Below, piece by piece: positions 47,915-58,313 of a DNA stretch of 64,000 nucleotides. How positions within the stretch are numbered: the first letter of the stretch is position 1; each line of letters opens with the position of its first letter. The notes beneath the pieces were generated by a model that saw only the letters and a list, made by a program, of their open reading frames with translations, was not told the origin of the DNA and searched no databases. Location of the stretch: the NCBI GenBank assembly GCA_050251055.1, contig JBFWNL010000002.1, positions 288,001 through 352,000 on the forward strand, in the 5' to 3' direction. This DNA comes from Bacteriovoracia bacterium. Lineage in GTDB: Bacteria; Bdellovibrionota; UBA1018; JBFWNL01. The position numbers and the translations under genes are program-made.

Positions 47915-48574
47915 ATGGAATCGATCGTTTCCGTATTAGTTGGCGCATTACTCTCGTTCACCGGCACTCATCACTCCACGCTCGACGAACAACAATCCGT
48001 CGCACCCGTCGAATGGTCCTGCGAAGCCCTGAAGTGGCCGCTAGAGCCGTACCTCGACGGCAAGATCCTTAAGGCGCAGGTCTCCGCAAAATGCCAATTC
48101 AAGGGCGTCTCCGGGGGCGGTTTCGCCGAGCTCGAAGCCTACCTCGCGAAACGCATCGTGGATCAGAGCGAAAAGGTGCACTCCGGCCCAAACAAAGAAA
48201 CCTATAAGGACATGACGAGCACGCACTTCGATACCACCGTAAAGGTGGGCGGCAAGTCTGATTACGCCTTCGTTCGCCAGGACGCGCACGTGGCGACCGA
48301 CGCGAAAACCGCGCTGCTCTTCGACACGATCTCCAAAAGCATCGAAGGCTACGGCAACGCCAAGTACATGAAGAAGGTCGACGCTTTCACGAAGGTCACT
48401 CCGATCGCCGACAAGATCAGCGTCTACCAGGGCACGCTTGTGTCGTACTTTGAAATCGAGAAGCCGGTATTTGTCCCGGGCAGCATCTTCATCTCCGAAG
48501 TGAAGAAGCAGCTCGAGAAGCAAGCGGGCGAGCTCGAGAAAGACTTGCTCGAAGACATCGGCCAGCACATCTAA
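47915..48574 (+). CDS. Secreted hypothetical protein
   Basis: Hydrophobic N-terminus, strong SD, genome-like codon bias, own terminator. Confidence 0.75.
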   Translation: MESIVSVLVGALLSFTGTHHSTLDEQQSVAPVEWSCEALKWPLEPYLDGKILKAQVSAKCQFKGVSGGGFAELEAYLAKRIVDQSEKVHSGPNKETYKDMTSTHFDTTVKVGGKSDYAFVRQDAHVATDAKTALLFDTISKSIEGYGNAKYMKKVDAFTKVTPIADKISVYQGTLVSYFEIEKPVFVPGSIFISEVKKQLEKQAGELEKDLLEDIGQHI

Positions 48575-48596
48575 GCTGAGCTCGGATTTTTCTTAC

Positions 48597-48631
48597 AAAG
48601 CCGGCTTCCGCGAGGGAGCCGGCTTTTTTTT
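48597..48631 (+). terminator. Intrinsic, probably bidirectional, terminator
   Basis: AAAGCCGGCTTCC-GCGA-GGGAGCCGGCTTTTTTTT between convergent genes. Confidence 0.85.
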
Positions 48632-48651
48632 CGCCTGGCGAGCGGCCTGCG

Positions 48652-49035
48652 CTAAGTCAGCGCCACGATGGCTTCGACTTCCACGAGCGCGTCCTTCGGG
48701 AGCTTGGCCACCTGGACAGTCGAACGTGCGGGCGGAATTTCGTCGAAGTACTTACCGTAGACTTCGTTGACCTTCGGGAAGTCGGCCATGTCCTGCAGGA
48801 AAATCGTGGTCTTCACGATGTGGGTGTAATCCGCTCCGGCAGCCTTCAGTACGGCGCCTAGGTTCTCCATCACGACCTTCGCCTGGGCGGCGACGTCGGT
48901 GACTTCAATGCGGTTGGTTTTCGGGTTGAGCGGGATCTGGCCCGAACAAAAGAGGAATCCACCTGCCTTAATCGCTTGGCTGTATGGGCCGATGGGTTCC
49001 GGAGCTTCCCGCGTGAAAATCTTTTGCTTCTTCAT
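48652..49035 (-). CDS. ridA: RidA/YjgF enamine deaminase
   Basis: APEPIGPYSQA, SGQIP, PARSTVQV, VEVE. Confidence 0.92.
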   Translation of the reverse strand: MKKQKIFTREAPEPIGPYSQAIKAGGFLFCSGQIPLNPKTNRIEVTDVAAQAKVVMENLGAVLKAAGADYTHIVKTTIFLQDMADFPKVNEVYGKYFDEIPPARSTVQVAKLPKDALVEVEAIVALT

Positions 49036-49056
49036 CTATTTCTCCCTGAAACGGTA

Positions 49057-51372
49057 TTAGGCCTTGGTTTCGCCGTTCGATCCGCCTTGGTCGCCGTGGG
49101 TCTTCTGCCAAAGCTGGATTTCGCGCGCGGTAATCGCGGCCATATTGACGATGTCGTTCACGTCCGAGCCGCGCTGAAGCACGAACACGGGCTTGTTCAT
49201 ACCCACCAGGATCGGGCCGATGGCCTCGACCCCGCCCAGGCGATGCATCAGCTTGTAGGCGATATTGCCGCTCTGGAGATCCGGGAAGATCAGCACGTTC
49301 GCGTTGCCGGGCACCTGGTTGAAGTCGAAGGTTTCCTCGGAAATCTGGCGCGTTACCGCCGTATCCGCCTGCATCTCGCCATCCACCGTGAGGTGTGGCG
49401 CACGTTGGCGAACGAGCTCCACCGCCTTGGCCACCTTCTGCGCGAAGGGGTGACGACTGGATCCGAAGTTCGAGAACGAAAGCATCGCGACCCGGGCCGG
49501 GCGATCGGTGAAACTCTGGGCCACGGCCGCGGCTTCAATGGCGATATTCGCCAAGTCGTCGGCTGAGGGATCGATATTCACCGTGGTGTCGGCGAACCAA
49601 TAGATCTGGCGTTTGGTGATCATCATGTAAATCCCGGCGAGCCGGGCGCCGGGACGGGCCCCGATGACTTCGATGGCCGGCCGGATCGTTTCCGCATAAC
49701 TTTCGGCGATGCCGCCGAGCATACCGTCGGCACGGCCCGTTTCTACCATCATCGAAGCGAAGTAATTCGCCTGGCGCATCAGCTGACGGCCCACTTCGTA
49801 GGTCACGCCTTTACGCTTGCGCTTCTCGACCAGCATGCGCGCGAACTCGTCGCGCCACTCGTGCGTGGAGGGACGCAGGATTTTTACGTCTTTCAACGCT
49901 TCGGTCAGCCCGAGCTCGCGAATCCGTTCTTGCACCTTCTGTTCGTTGCCGAGCAGGATCGGTTCCGCGATGGCTTCTTCGCGCATGACCGCGGCCGCGC
50001 GTAAAATCTTTCCATGCTCGCCTTCCGGGAGCACCACGCGGGACATCGCGCCGCCCGCGCCGACGCGCTTAACGGTGTTCTTGATCCCACGCATGACGGT
50101 GTAGGAAGTGCCGAGCAACGTCTCGAGCTGGTCTTTATATGTACGTAAATCCACGTTTTTGCGGGCCACGCCCGACTTCATCGCGGCTTCGGCCACCGCG
50201 CTCGCCACCCAGATCAGAGCCCGGCTGTCGAATGGCTTCGGGATCAGGTACTCGCGCCCAAACTTGAAGCGTTGCCCCCCGTAAGCGCGCGAAACGCTCT
50301 CGGGAATTTCCTCTTTGGCCAGGGCGGCGAGGGCCCGCACGGCCGCCATTTTCATCTCCTCGTTGATGGCCATCGCGCGCGTATCAAGCGCGCCGCGGAA
50401 GATGAACGGGAATCCCAGCACGTTGTTCACCTGGTTGGGATAGTCGGAGCGGCCGGTGGCCATGATCACGTCGCTGCGGACCTTGAACACGTCCTCGGGT
50501 AAGATTTCCGGGTCCGGATTGGCCATCGCGAAAATAATCGCGTCCTTCGCCATGGATTTCACCATCGCCGGAGTCACGCAGCCCTTCACCGACACGCCGA
50601 TGAACGCGTCGGCGCCCTTCATGGCGTCGTCCAAGGTACGGGCGGAGGTTTCCGTCGCGAAGCGCTCCTTATAAGGATTCATCCCTTCCTTGCGGCCCTT
50701 GAAGATCACGCCCTTGGAGTCCGTCATAATGATGTTTTCGCGCCGGACGCCTAAGTTCACATAGAGATTCGCGCATGCGATGGCGGCCGCGCCGCCGCCG
50801 CTGAAAACGACCTTCACGTCTTGAATGCGCTTATTGATCATCTCGAGCGCGTTCAGAAACGCCGCGCCGCTAATCACCGCGGTCCCGTGCTGATCGTCGT
50901 GGAAGACGGGAATCTTCAGGCGCTTCTTCAGCTCTTCTTCGATGTAGAAACACTCGGGCGCCTTGATGTCCTCGAGATTGATGCCGCCGAAGGTCGGCTC
51001 GAGCAGCTCGCAGGCCTTGATGACATCGTTCGGGTCCTTGGCGTTGAGCTCGATATCGAAGACGTCGATGTCAGCGAACTTCTTGAACAGAATCCCTTTG
51101 CCTTCCATCACGGGCTTGGCGGCGTGCGCGCCAATATCGCCTAGTCCCAATACCGCCGTCCCGTTCGAGACCACGGCTACGAGATTTCCCTTGGCGGTGT
51201 ACTCGTAAACGAGCTCGTCCTTTTCGGCGATCATCCGACAAGGTTCCGCCACCCCCGGGGAGTAGGCGAGCGAGAGGTCTTTTTGGGTAGTCACGGACTT
51301 CGAGGGAATAACTTCGATTTTCCCTTTACGGCCTTTCGAGTGGTACTCGATGGCTTCGTCATAAAGTGTCAT
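49057..51372 (-). CDS. maeB: NADP-dependent malic enzyme fused to PTA-like domain
   Basis: [45 protein letters not shown]; C-terminal DGEMQAD, GNIAYK. Confidence 0.96.
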   Translation of the reverse strand: MTLYDEAIEYHSKGRKGKIEVIPSKSVTTQKDLSLAYSPGVAEPCRMIAEKDELVYEYTAKGNLVAVVSNGTAVLGLGDIGAHAAKPVMEGKGILFKKFADIDVFDIELNAKDPNDVIKACELLEPTFGGINLEDIKAPECFYIEEELKKRLKIPVFHDDQHGTAVISGAAFLNALEMINKRIQDVKVVFSGGGAAAIACANLYVNLGVRRENIIMTDSKGVIFKGRKEGMNPYKERFATETSARTLDDAMKGADAFIGVSVKGCVTPAMVKSMAKDAIIFAMANPDPEILPEDVFKVRSDVIMATGRSDYPNQVNNVLGFPFIFRGALDTRAMAINEEMKMAAVRALAALAKEEIPESVSRAYGGQRFKFGREYLIPKPFDSRALIWVASAVAEAAMKSGVARKNVDLRTYKDQLETLLGTSYTVMRGIKNTVKRVGAGGAMSRVVLPEGEHGKILRAAAVMREEAIAEPILLGNEQKVQERIRELGLTEALKDVKILRPSTHEWRDEFARMLVEKRKRKGVTYEVGRQLMRQANYFASMMVETGRADGMLGGIAESYAETIRPAIEVIGARPGARLAGIYMMITKRQIYWFADTTVNIDPSADDLANIAIEAAAVAQSFTDRPARVAMLSFSNFGSSRHPFAQKVAKAVELVRQRAPHLTVDGEMQADTAVTRQISEETFDFNQVPGNANVLIFPDLQSGNIAYKLMHRLGGVEAIGPILVGMNKPVFVLQRGSDVNDIVNMAAITAREIQLWQKTHGDQGGSNGETKA

Positions 51373-51516
51373 AAGCCCCTAAACTCGCGTGATTCAGTGG
51401 GAATGACAACCAAAATGAAGTTGATTAATTCGGTTCGATGCACACGCCTTGCAGCGCCAAGCCTTCAACAAGGCTGGCAATTTTCGACAAAGCGGGCAAA
51501 ATAATAAGGAGCATCC

Positions 51517-52803
51517 ATGAAACCCATCCGACTCGTGCTCGCGGCGACCATCGCCGCAACGTTCAGTGTTCCCGCGCAAGCCAACTACGCGTTGCATGCG
51601 TGGGAAGATCACTTTCCCCAAGATTACGCTCCGAAGGGCCGGCTCACCCTACACCCCCGACTGTATTACTACTTCACGTCGACAAATTTCGACACCGACG
51701 CCGCTACGTTTGTTTCGGCCTTGGAAAATTACAACCGCCTGCAGATCGACGTCGATCTCAATTACGGCTTAGGGGAAAATTGGGTGATCTACGCGCGGCC
51801 CGGCTGGGCACGAGTGCAGGTCAATCACCCCACTTTGGGCGGGGCGGGTTACGGTCTGCCCGACCAGGGAGTGGGCACGGCCTATCGGGTGATGCGCAAC
51901 GCAAGCGGGCTCGCCATCGATCTACAACTACAGATAGAAATTCCGGCCTACAGCAATACGACTTCGACGACCAACCAAACTCCTTTCCTGGGGGACGGTA
52001 GCCTCGACATTACCGGCGGCGGATTCGTCGCGATTCCGTTCCGCTCCCCCTTCACGCAAACGGCCAGCCTCATCGGCGGCGCGGGATACACTTGGCGATC
52101 CAAGCAGTTTTCCGCGTCGATCCCCTGGTCGGTGGATCTACGCTTTATGAATCCCATGAAGGGGTGGGAATTCGCCGCCGCCGCGCTCGGCCAGTTCTCA
52201 CTCTCTACCGATCCCACGACTTCCTACGGCGTCGGCGAGCGCGTGCTCACGGGGGGCGGCGGAAGCTACGCCAGCCACGCGATCAACCCTTCCCTGCTCA
52301 GCTTCCGCGGCCAGGTCGGCTACCGGGCGAGCCCGAAGACCGCCTACCAGGTCGATTTCACCCAGGTCGTCTGGGGCAAGAATGCGGCAAAAGCCTGGAC
52401 GATCACCGCGGGCGTGGATCTGCGCTTCGGGGGCGGTGACGCGCCCACGGCGGCCGAGGCCGAAACGACCGATGCCCTAGATACCCGCGAGCCCCATGAA
52501 AAGGCACCCGCCGAGTACGCCAAAAGCAATCAAGGCTTCGTCACCTACGCGATGGAGGCACATGTCACCCGCGTAAACGACCGACTCAACCTGATCAAGA
52601 TCAACAAAGGGTCCGACGCCGGCCTGAAGGTTGGCGACAAGCTTGACGTATTCAGCACTAAGAACGATGGCAGCGCGGTGAGCGCTATCGCCCGCGCCCA
52701 GGTAACGAGCACCAAGGAAAACGAAGCCGCCCTGCGCGTGATCGAATATTTTCGGGAAGTTTGGATAGAAACCGGCTTTATCGTGAAGAAGCCGCTCGAC
52801 TAG
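51517..52803 (+). CDS. Outer-membrane beta-barrel-like protein with small C-terminal beta domain
   Basis: Signal peptide; amphipathic strands, PFLGDGS; C-terminal INKGSDAGLKVGDKLDVF (FlgT-C-like). Confidence 0.65.
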   Translation: MKPIRLVLAATIAATFSVPAQANYALHAWEDHFPQDYAPKGRLTLHPRLYYYFTSTNFDTDAATFVSALENYNRLQIDVDLNYGLGENWVIYARPGWARVQVNHPTLGGAGYGLPDQGVGTAYRVMRNASGLAIDLQLQIEIPAYSNTTSTTNQTPFLGDGSLDITGGGFVAIPFRSPFTQTASLIGGAGYTWRSKQFSASIPWSVDLRFMNPMKGWEFAAAALGQFSLSTDPTTSYGVGERVLTGGGGSYASHAINPSLLSFRGQVGYRASPKTAYQVDFTQVVWGKNAAKAWTITAGVDLRFGGGDAPTAAEAETTDALDTREPHEKAPAEYAKSNQGFVTYAMEAHVTRVNDRLNLIKINKGSDAGLKVGDKLDVFSTKNDGSAVSAIARAQVTSTKENEAALRVIEYFREVWIETGFIVKKPLD

Positions 52804-52839
52804 ATCGTTGGGTAGTCGGTTTGGAGAAAGGAAGCTCGC

Positions 52840-53577
52840 ATGATTCGTAACCGTTTAGCCTCGGCCACCGCCCTGCTGGGAGTTCTATTTTTCGCGGCCA
52901 CGCCCACCGCGTACGCGGTGAAGTTCGCAAACCAGTTCGTCGAGTTCGAGATGCCCCCGCGCTGGGCGTGCAACCTCGAAGGCGCCGAATGGGTGTGCCA
53001 GAGCTCCGATGCCGACAAAAAGCGGGACGCGATCATCATCCTCGCCGCCAAGATGAAGGGCGATCAAGACAGCGTCGAAGCCTACCTCGCCTATCTGAAA
53101 CAACCGAAAGTCTACACCAGCCTGCGGGGCAAGACCGTGAAGTCGGAAGTTCGTTTCGCCGAATCCAAGATGATCAACGACCACATGTGGGTGGATTCGC
53201 TGCACCTGGAGTCCGAGATTCCAGGCTTTTTTACGCGCTACATGGCCACCACCAAAAACGACATCGGGGCGCTCGTCACCTACTCCATCAACAAGGACAA
53301 ATATTCGCTCTACGTGAACGACTTCGACGCTATGGTGAAAACGCTGCGCGTATTCCGCAAGACGGGCGGACTGAACGCCAAGCCGGCGGAGGGCAATCTT
53401 TTCGACTTAGGCTCCACCATCCCGAGCAAGATTTCCGACAGCAGCGTGTTCAGTGCCGCGGACGACGACGAGCCGAAGGCGAAACCCAAAAAAGAAGACG
53501 ACACGTTCTTCTACCTCATCATCGGTCTCGTTGCGGTAGTGGGGTTTATCATCTGGCGCCGCCGACAGCAGATGTAA
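52840..53577 (+). CDS. Exported protein with C-terminal membrane anchor
   Basis: Signal peptide; FEMPPRWAC..EWVC; ends TM + RRRQQM. Confidence 0.8.
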   Translation: MIRNRLASATALLGVLFFAATPTAYAVKFANQFVEFEMPPRWACNLEGAEWVCQSSDADKKRDAIIILAAKMKGDQDSVEAYLAYLKQPKVYTSLRGKTVKSEVRFAESKMINDHMWVDSLHLESEIPGFFTRYMATTKNDIGALVTYSINKDKYSLYVNDFDAMVKTLRVFRKTGGLNAKPAEGNLFDLGSTIPSKISDSSVFSAADDDEPKAKPKKEDDTFFYLIIGLVAVVGFIIWRRRQQM

Positions 53578-54731
53578 AGCGCCGCGCCCTCACTGCGCTG
53601 ATCGCCACGCTCGCATTCACCTCGCCGGGGTGCGGAAAATCTCCCCCGGATGCGTTTTCTACGCGAGCAAACGCCATCTGGGAAAAACTGGCCCGCTCAC
53701 GCTTGCAGGAGGTCTCCGAACTCTACACCCAGCTGCAGGAGAAGGTTCGTAGGGCGGCGGAGAGCCTCGGAGCGGAAAAGCCCGCTTCGGCTTCACCGCA
53801 AGATCTGACCGCCGAAAACCGTTACGGAAATCTGCCCGTGATTTTCGTGGACATCGGGCAGGGCGCCGTCTTCCCCAAGCCCATCCAACCCCCCCAGCGC
53901 TACTCCTGGTACGAGGTCTATCGACGCCTCGGCATGCACCGGGAGCATCTTCGCCAGTTTTCGACGGCGCTGGAACAGGCCGGAGCCAACCCCGCCCGTT
54001 TCCCGCGCTTACTCTCCGGCTGGGCGCAGCTCAGCGCGGAGCTGACCACGATTAGCCAATACATCCGCTACCTGAAAACCTGGTACGACAAACCCAACCT
54101 TTTGGCCGACCCCCTTCCTATGGACTCGCGTGCGGACGCGGACTGGACCGAGCTGCGTGAACGACTGAAACCTCGACGCGTGCATCAACCGGCTTACCTG
54201 CCTTCCACGTTGCCCAGCCTGCTGACTCATTCCGCGGGGTATCTGCAAAACCGCCCCCTTCAAACCATTCCGATCTCGATTGGCACCGACGTCGAGGACG
54301 CCCACTTTCTGCGGGACTTTGGCTACGCCGTTGATATGCACTGGAACCAATCTCCCTGGGCGCGGGCCCAACGCGTCCGTTTCGAAATACGCTGGCGGAG
54401 AATCGCGAAGAACCGCGCTTTTACCGAAGGCCGCGAAGATCTCGTGGCACACCTAGCGCGCCTGGAAGCTCATCCCAAACCCATCGTCACCACCGGCGCG
54501 CTCGCGACTTACGTGCGCGACGAAATCCTGGTACTGGGCTCGGGCCGCATCACTCCTCGCACGCTCGCGCACGAGTTCGGCCACCTCTTGGGTTTCGCCG
54601 ATTGCTACGTGCGCACCCTAGCTGGGGAAGGCATATACGGAGTGGCGATATTGGAATGGGACAACCCCATCTACCCGGACGACCTGATGTGCGACGACCA
54701 CGTCGGCGTCGCTTACTCGGAAGTCTGGTAA
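53574..54731 (+). CDS. Putative zinc metallopeptidase lipoprotein; no canonical start codon at apparent N-terminus
   Basis: KRRALTALIATLAFTSPGC signal-like; TLAHEFGHLLGFADCY; DLM possible Met-turn. Confidence 0.65.
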   Translation, partial: VKRRALTALIATLAFTSPGCGKSPPDAFSTRANAIWEKLARSRLQEVSELYTQLQEKVRRAAESLGAEKPASASPQDLTAENRYGNLPVIFVDIGQGAVFPKPIQPPQRYSWYEVYRRLGMHREHLRQFSTALEQAGANPARFPRLLSGWAQLSAELTTISQYIRYLKTWYDKPNLLADPLPMDSRADADWTELRERLKPRRVHQPAYLPSTLPSLLTHSAGYLQNRPLQTIPISIGTDVEDAHFLRDFGYAVDMHWNQSPWARAQRVRFEIRWRRIAKNRAFTEGREDLVAHLARLEAHPKPIVTTGALATYVRDEILVLGSGRITPRTLAHEFGHLLGFADCYVRTLAGEGIYGVAILEWDNPIYPDDLMCDDHVGVAYSEVW

Positions 54732-54789
54732 GCAGAATTCCAAATCACCCGCCAAAAAATCCTGTGCGGAAAAACCAGCGCATGCAATA

Positions 54790-55536
54790 ATGCAACGCAC
54801 CATGAAGCTACTCTCCCAAGTGATCCTGGGCCAAATTCTCATTTTCGGACCGCTCCCCGTACGAGCGGACATCGTCAGCACCTACCTCAACGAATATGAC
54901 TTCGTCGAATTCCGTTCACAGAATTCGACGAATTCCCGGATTCTATCCGACACTCCGGGCACGGTGACCGTACATTCACGCTGGCACCAGGAATCCCCTC
55001 CGCTTCGGGTCAGCGTGCTGACCTTGGAGAGAGAAGACAAATTCGGTCAGCTTGAAAAAATCTGCGTATCTCAGGCATACCTCCACCTTGGAGAGATCAA
55101 TGCGACAATCGAATTGAGCTTCGAAGACGGGCTTGAATTTGAAGTTCACTCAAAAAAGTTCTCGGTCGTGGCGTCCGCTCGGCGACAACACGCGGTGAAC
55201 ATCGACGGCGTCTGCGAACCCTTGTCGATCGCGACCTTTCTTGAGGCCGACGGCGCCGCAAAACTGTATTTTGGCGATCTCGGCCAGCCGAGCTACTCGG
55301 TCAACGCTCGGGGCTTTCGCTATGATTTCTTTCCATTCTCTTCCAGCGCACCGCTTGTTTTATCGGTCGACAAAACCACCGATGGAAAAAGCGGCATGCC
55401 CCAATACCGAGCACGCGACCTCGCCGAGAAACTTTTTAATCACCTGAATAGGCACGCATCTTCAGTTCGGATTTGGCAGGATGACCTACCCAAGAATGCG
55501 AGTCCACCGATCGGATCAAAGATGGAGCTTTACTGA
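54790..55536 (+). CDS. Secreted hypothetical protein
   Basis: 248-aa ORF, signal-like N-terminus ending VRA; lower GC than neighbours. Confidence 0.6.
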   Translation: MQRTMKLLSQVILGQILIFGPLPVRADIVSTYLNEYDFVEFRSQNSTNSRILSDTPGTVTVHSRWHQESPPLRVSVLTLEREDKFGQLEKICVSQAYLHLGEINATIELSFEDGLEFEVHSKKFSVVASARRQHAVNIDGVCEPLSIATFLEADGAAKLYFGDLGQPSYSVNARGFRYDFFPFSSSAPLVLSVDKTTDGKSGMPQYRARDLAEKLFNHLNRHASSVRIWQDDLPKNASPPIGSKMELY

Positions 55537-55540
55537 GGAT

Positions 55541-58207
55541 TTACCGTAAAGCCTCGATCAAGGTTTTTTGCTCCATGAGCCAGGCCCGTAACGGGCGGCT
55601 GACCTCGCGATCTTCGATCTCGTCCGGTGCCTTGCCGAATTGAGCTTCGATCTGGGAAACGAGTCGTCCGCGCAGTTGCGCGCGCTCGTCCATCATCCAG
55701 TCCGGAGCAATTCCCCAGCGAGCGGCGAGCGCCCCGACCGCAAGCTCCCGCATCCGCCGGGGGTGCCGAAAAGCCTGCACGGTCACGGAAACTTTACCAA
55801 AGGTGCCGGTGATTTTCGCGCCGCCCTCCGCATCCAATACCACGGCGGCCGCGTGCCGGGACAACACAGTCTCGACTTCGGCTGACAACTCCGGATGCTC
55901 ATAACGGACGGAAGACGCCTCGTTCTCTTCCCCCTCTTTCGCGCCCGCCTCGGGCGTGTTCGCGAGATAGCGCCACATCCGCTCATGCCACTCGAGCTCC
56001 AGGCTAGGGAAATAAAGCTCTGCTTCCGCGAGCAAGCGGCGTCGATCTGCGGGCGGAATTCGTTCCGCGTTAGCGGCGCTTTCGAGGTACTCGCGCAGGT
56101 TCGCCTGGGCCGCTTCCGCGAAGCCAGGCGCGAGCGACGCGAAGAACGCGCGATCCACTCCACCCATCTCCTTCACGTCGCGCGCCACCGCCGCGAAGCG
56201 CGCGGTTCTCACCTTTTCGGCGTACATCGCTGGAACGGGGAGCGGGAACGCGCCCGCAAATGGAAAAGCGTGCTCCACCCCGATGGAGCGAAATCCGTCC
56301 GCATCCCCCCGACGTAGCCATCCCAGGCTGTTGAGGAACGGGTCCACGAGCGACTCGAGGAGCTCCTCCGGCCGGCGCGGCTCCCCCCGCAGAGAGTCTT
56401 CCACAAACCGGTAAGGGGCCTCGAACTGGACCGCCCGAATCGCTTGGGCATTGAAGGCCAACGTGCGCGCGCCGTCGTCGTAGTCGCGGCAATCGAGATA
56501 AACCCCCATGCCCGCGTCGCTGCAGTAGGGGTCGCCGCCCTCTCGGGTCGGCTCGGAAACAAGCCCTGTATAAAGGTAACGCAACGCCCGCGTGTCGTAA
56601 CGAGGCGGGGAAAGCTGCCGCGCAATTTGGCCGCCGGTCATCACGTCGTCCGAAAACGTAAGGTAATCCATGATGGAGCTCGTGAGGATAAACCGAGAGG
56701 GATCCACGATTTCTCCGCGGCGAAGGTAAGCCGCGAAGGACTCCGCCCGCTGGGCGGAGGTCAAATTGGAAGCGAGGTTCCCCGCGAAGTTGTGGCGCAA
56801 CCCCAACGTATGCCCTACTTCGTGCGCGGCCACCGAACGCACCATGTCCTGCGAAACCCGCAGCAAGTCCGCGTCGTCAAGATCGCCCCGGGCGTGCGCG
56901 GTCAACACTTCTTCGAGGCCGGCGGCCAGCGACTCGGTGAATCCCTGCGCCTTTCGTCCGCAAAGGTGGGCGGGAGGCAGGAAACGGATACCCACCCGAT
57001 GACGTCGATCGGGACGCTCCCGCAGGATCCGCAGCAAGAGCTCGGCGCGCGTGCGCGAGTCGAAAGCGAAGACGCTCGTCATGAAAATCTGCGCATGACG
57101 GATTTCTCCCGTGCGTGGATCCATCAGGACATCCGCGTAAGCGAAGCCCGCTCGATCCCACGGAACCCATTGAATGACGTTGTAGTCGGGGTCCGGGGCG
57201 GTGACTCCCGCCGGCGCCAGCTCGACCCGCAACACGTCGCGGCCGAGGGCCTGGTTCCAGTAAGTCACGCCATCCTTCACGGCCTGCACGTACTCCGCCG
57301 GCGTGTCCGCGCTCACCGCAAAGGTGACCGGACGGCTGAGGTCCCATCGCGATACGTAAGATACGCTCTTGCCGGTGGAAGACTCAATCCGCGGCGCAAT
57401 CTCGAAAAAACCCATCCGCAACTCAGGGTTTCCCTCGAGCGGCGTGTAACGCCGACTCGGAGCATACGGCCGGAGATAATAGCGAACTTCGACCGTGCTA
57501 TAGGAAATACCGCCGCTTTCGGATTCGTCGTCGACCTCGTCCGCTTCCGCATCATCGCGGAACTGAGCGAACTGGCGCACCTCCAAGAGTCCGGAATGAA
57601 TCCGCATGCGATCCACGAAGCTATTGATTACCTCGATCGCCGCGAAGGGCCGTGAATCGCCGTAGGTCGTCTCGTCATCACGGCCGTACCAGCCCCGGCT
57701 CACGAAGACGCGTTGCATGCCTTCATTGAAATCCAGCACGTACAAATCGTCTTTCTGGGAGAGAATCGGCAGCTCGGCCAAGATCAGTTTGGCGGGCAGC
57801 CCCGGCGCAACGACGTGCCCATCGGTCGACTCGAGCATGAAGATACTCTCGCCGTAGCGACGAAAGGTGACGATCCGACCTCGTAAGCCCTCGCTCGTGG
57901 CGGCGGGAGTCTGGGGTATCAGCGAGGCGCTGAGCAGAAACTCTCGGTCCAAAGCGTCTTTACGTAAACCCAGGTAAAAGCGATCGACCTTGGCGATCGG
58001 CCCCGCCTGATCGGCGAACTCGGCGGCGAACTCGTTTTGAGAAATCACGCGGAACGAACGCGCGGGATCTGGGTCGGCCGGTTTCATCACCGCCATCGGC
58101 GCCGGCGAAGTGCACGCGGAAAATACGAGCAGGAGCAGGGCCCCACCCGCCATCGAAAGCGCGGAACGGACACCGCCCCGCTTCACGAAACGCGCCAAAA
58201 TATGCAT
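55541..58207 (-). CDS. Zinc-dependent metalloprotease lipoprotein (EcxA/DUF4953-DUF5117-like metzincin)
   Basis: Lipobox FSAC; RMGFF, YWN, DPRTGEI, HEVGHTLGLRHNF, Met-turn SSIMDY. Confidence 0.88.
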   Translation of the reverse strand: MHILARFVKRGGVRSALSMAGGALLLLVFSACTSPAPMAVMKPADPDPARSFRVISQNEFAAEFADQAGPIAKVDRFYLGLRKDALDREFLLSASLIPQTPAATSEGLRGRIVTFRRYGESIFMLESTDGHVVAPGLPAKLILAELPILSQKDDLYVLDFNEGMQRVFVSRGWYGRDDETTYGDSRPFAAIEVINSFVDRMRIHSGLLEVRQFAQFRDDAEADEVDDESESGGISYSTVEVRYYLRPYAPSRRYTPLEGNPELRMGFFEIAPRIESSTGKSVSYVSRWDLSRPVTFAVSADTPAEYVQAVKDGVTYWNQALGRDVLRVELAPAGVTAPDPDYNVIQWVPWDRAGFAYADVLMDPRTGEIRHAQIFMTSVFAFDSRTRAELLLRILRERPDRRHRVGIRFLPPAHLCGRKAQGFTESLAAGLEEVLTAHARGDLDDADLLRVSQDMVRSVAAHEVGHTLGLRHNFAGNLASNLTSAQRAESFAAYLRRGEIVDPSRFILTSSIMDYLTFSDDVMTGGQIARQLSPPRYDTRALRYLYTGLVSEPTREGGDPYCSDAGMGVYLDCRDYDDGARTLAFNAQAIRAVQFEAPYRFVEDSLRGEPRRPEELLESLVDPFLNSLGWLRRGDADGFRSIGVEHAFPFAGAFPLPVPAMYAEKVRTARFAAVARDVKEMGGVDRAFFASLAPGFAEAAQANLREYLESAANAERIPPADRRRLLAEAELYFPSLELEWHERMWRYLANTPEAGAKEGEENEASSVRYEHPELSAEVETVLSRHAAAVVLDAEGGAKITGTFGKVSVTVQAFRHPRRMRELAVGALAARWGIAPDWMMDERAQLRGRLVSQIEAQFGKAPDEIEDREVSRPLRAWLMEQKTLIEALR

Positions 58208-58313
58208 AAATTTCCCCTTGGCTCGCGGGTAGCACAAAGGAAACCCGATACCAAGAGGTAACGCGCCGGGTTGGGTCTATTCAAACTCGGTTTCAGTCAG
58301 TATATAAGGAGGA

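Noticed and set aside
52968-53573. N-terminal ~200 aa of the 587-aa ORF as a true overlapping gene
   Set aside because: Off-frame read of the 52840-53577 gene; protein-like sequence begins only at ~53574.
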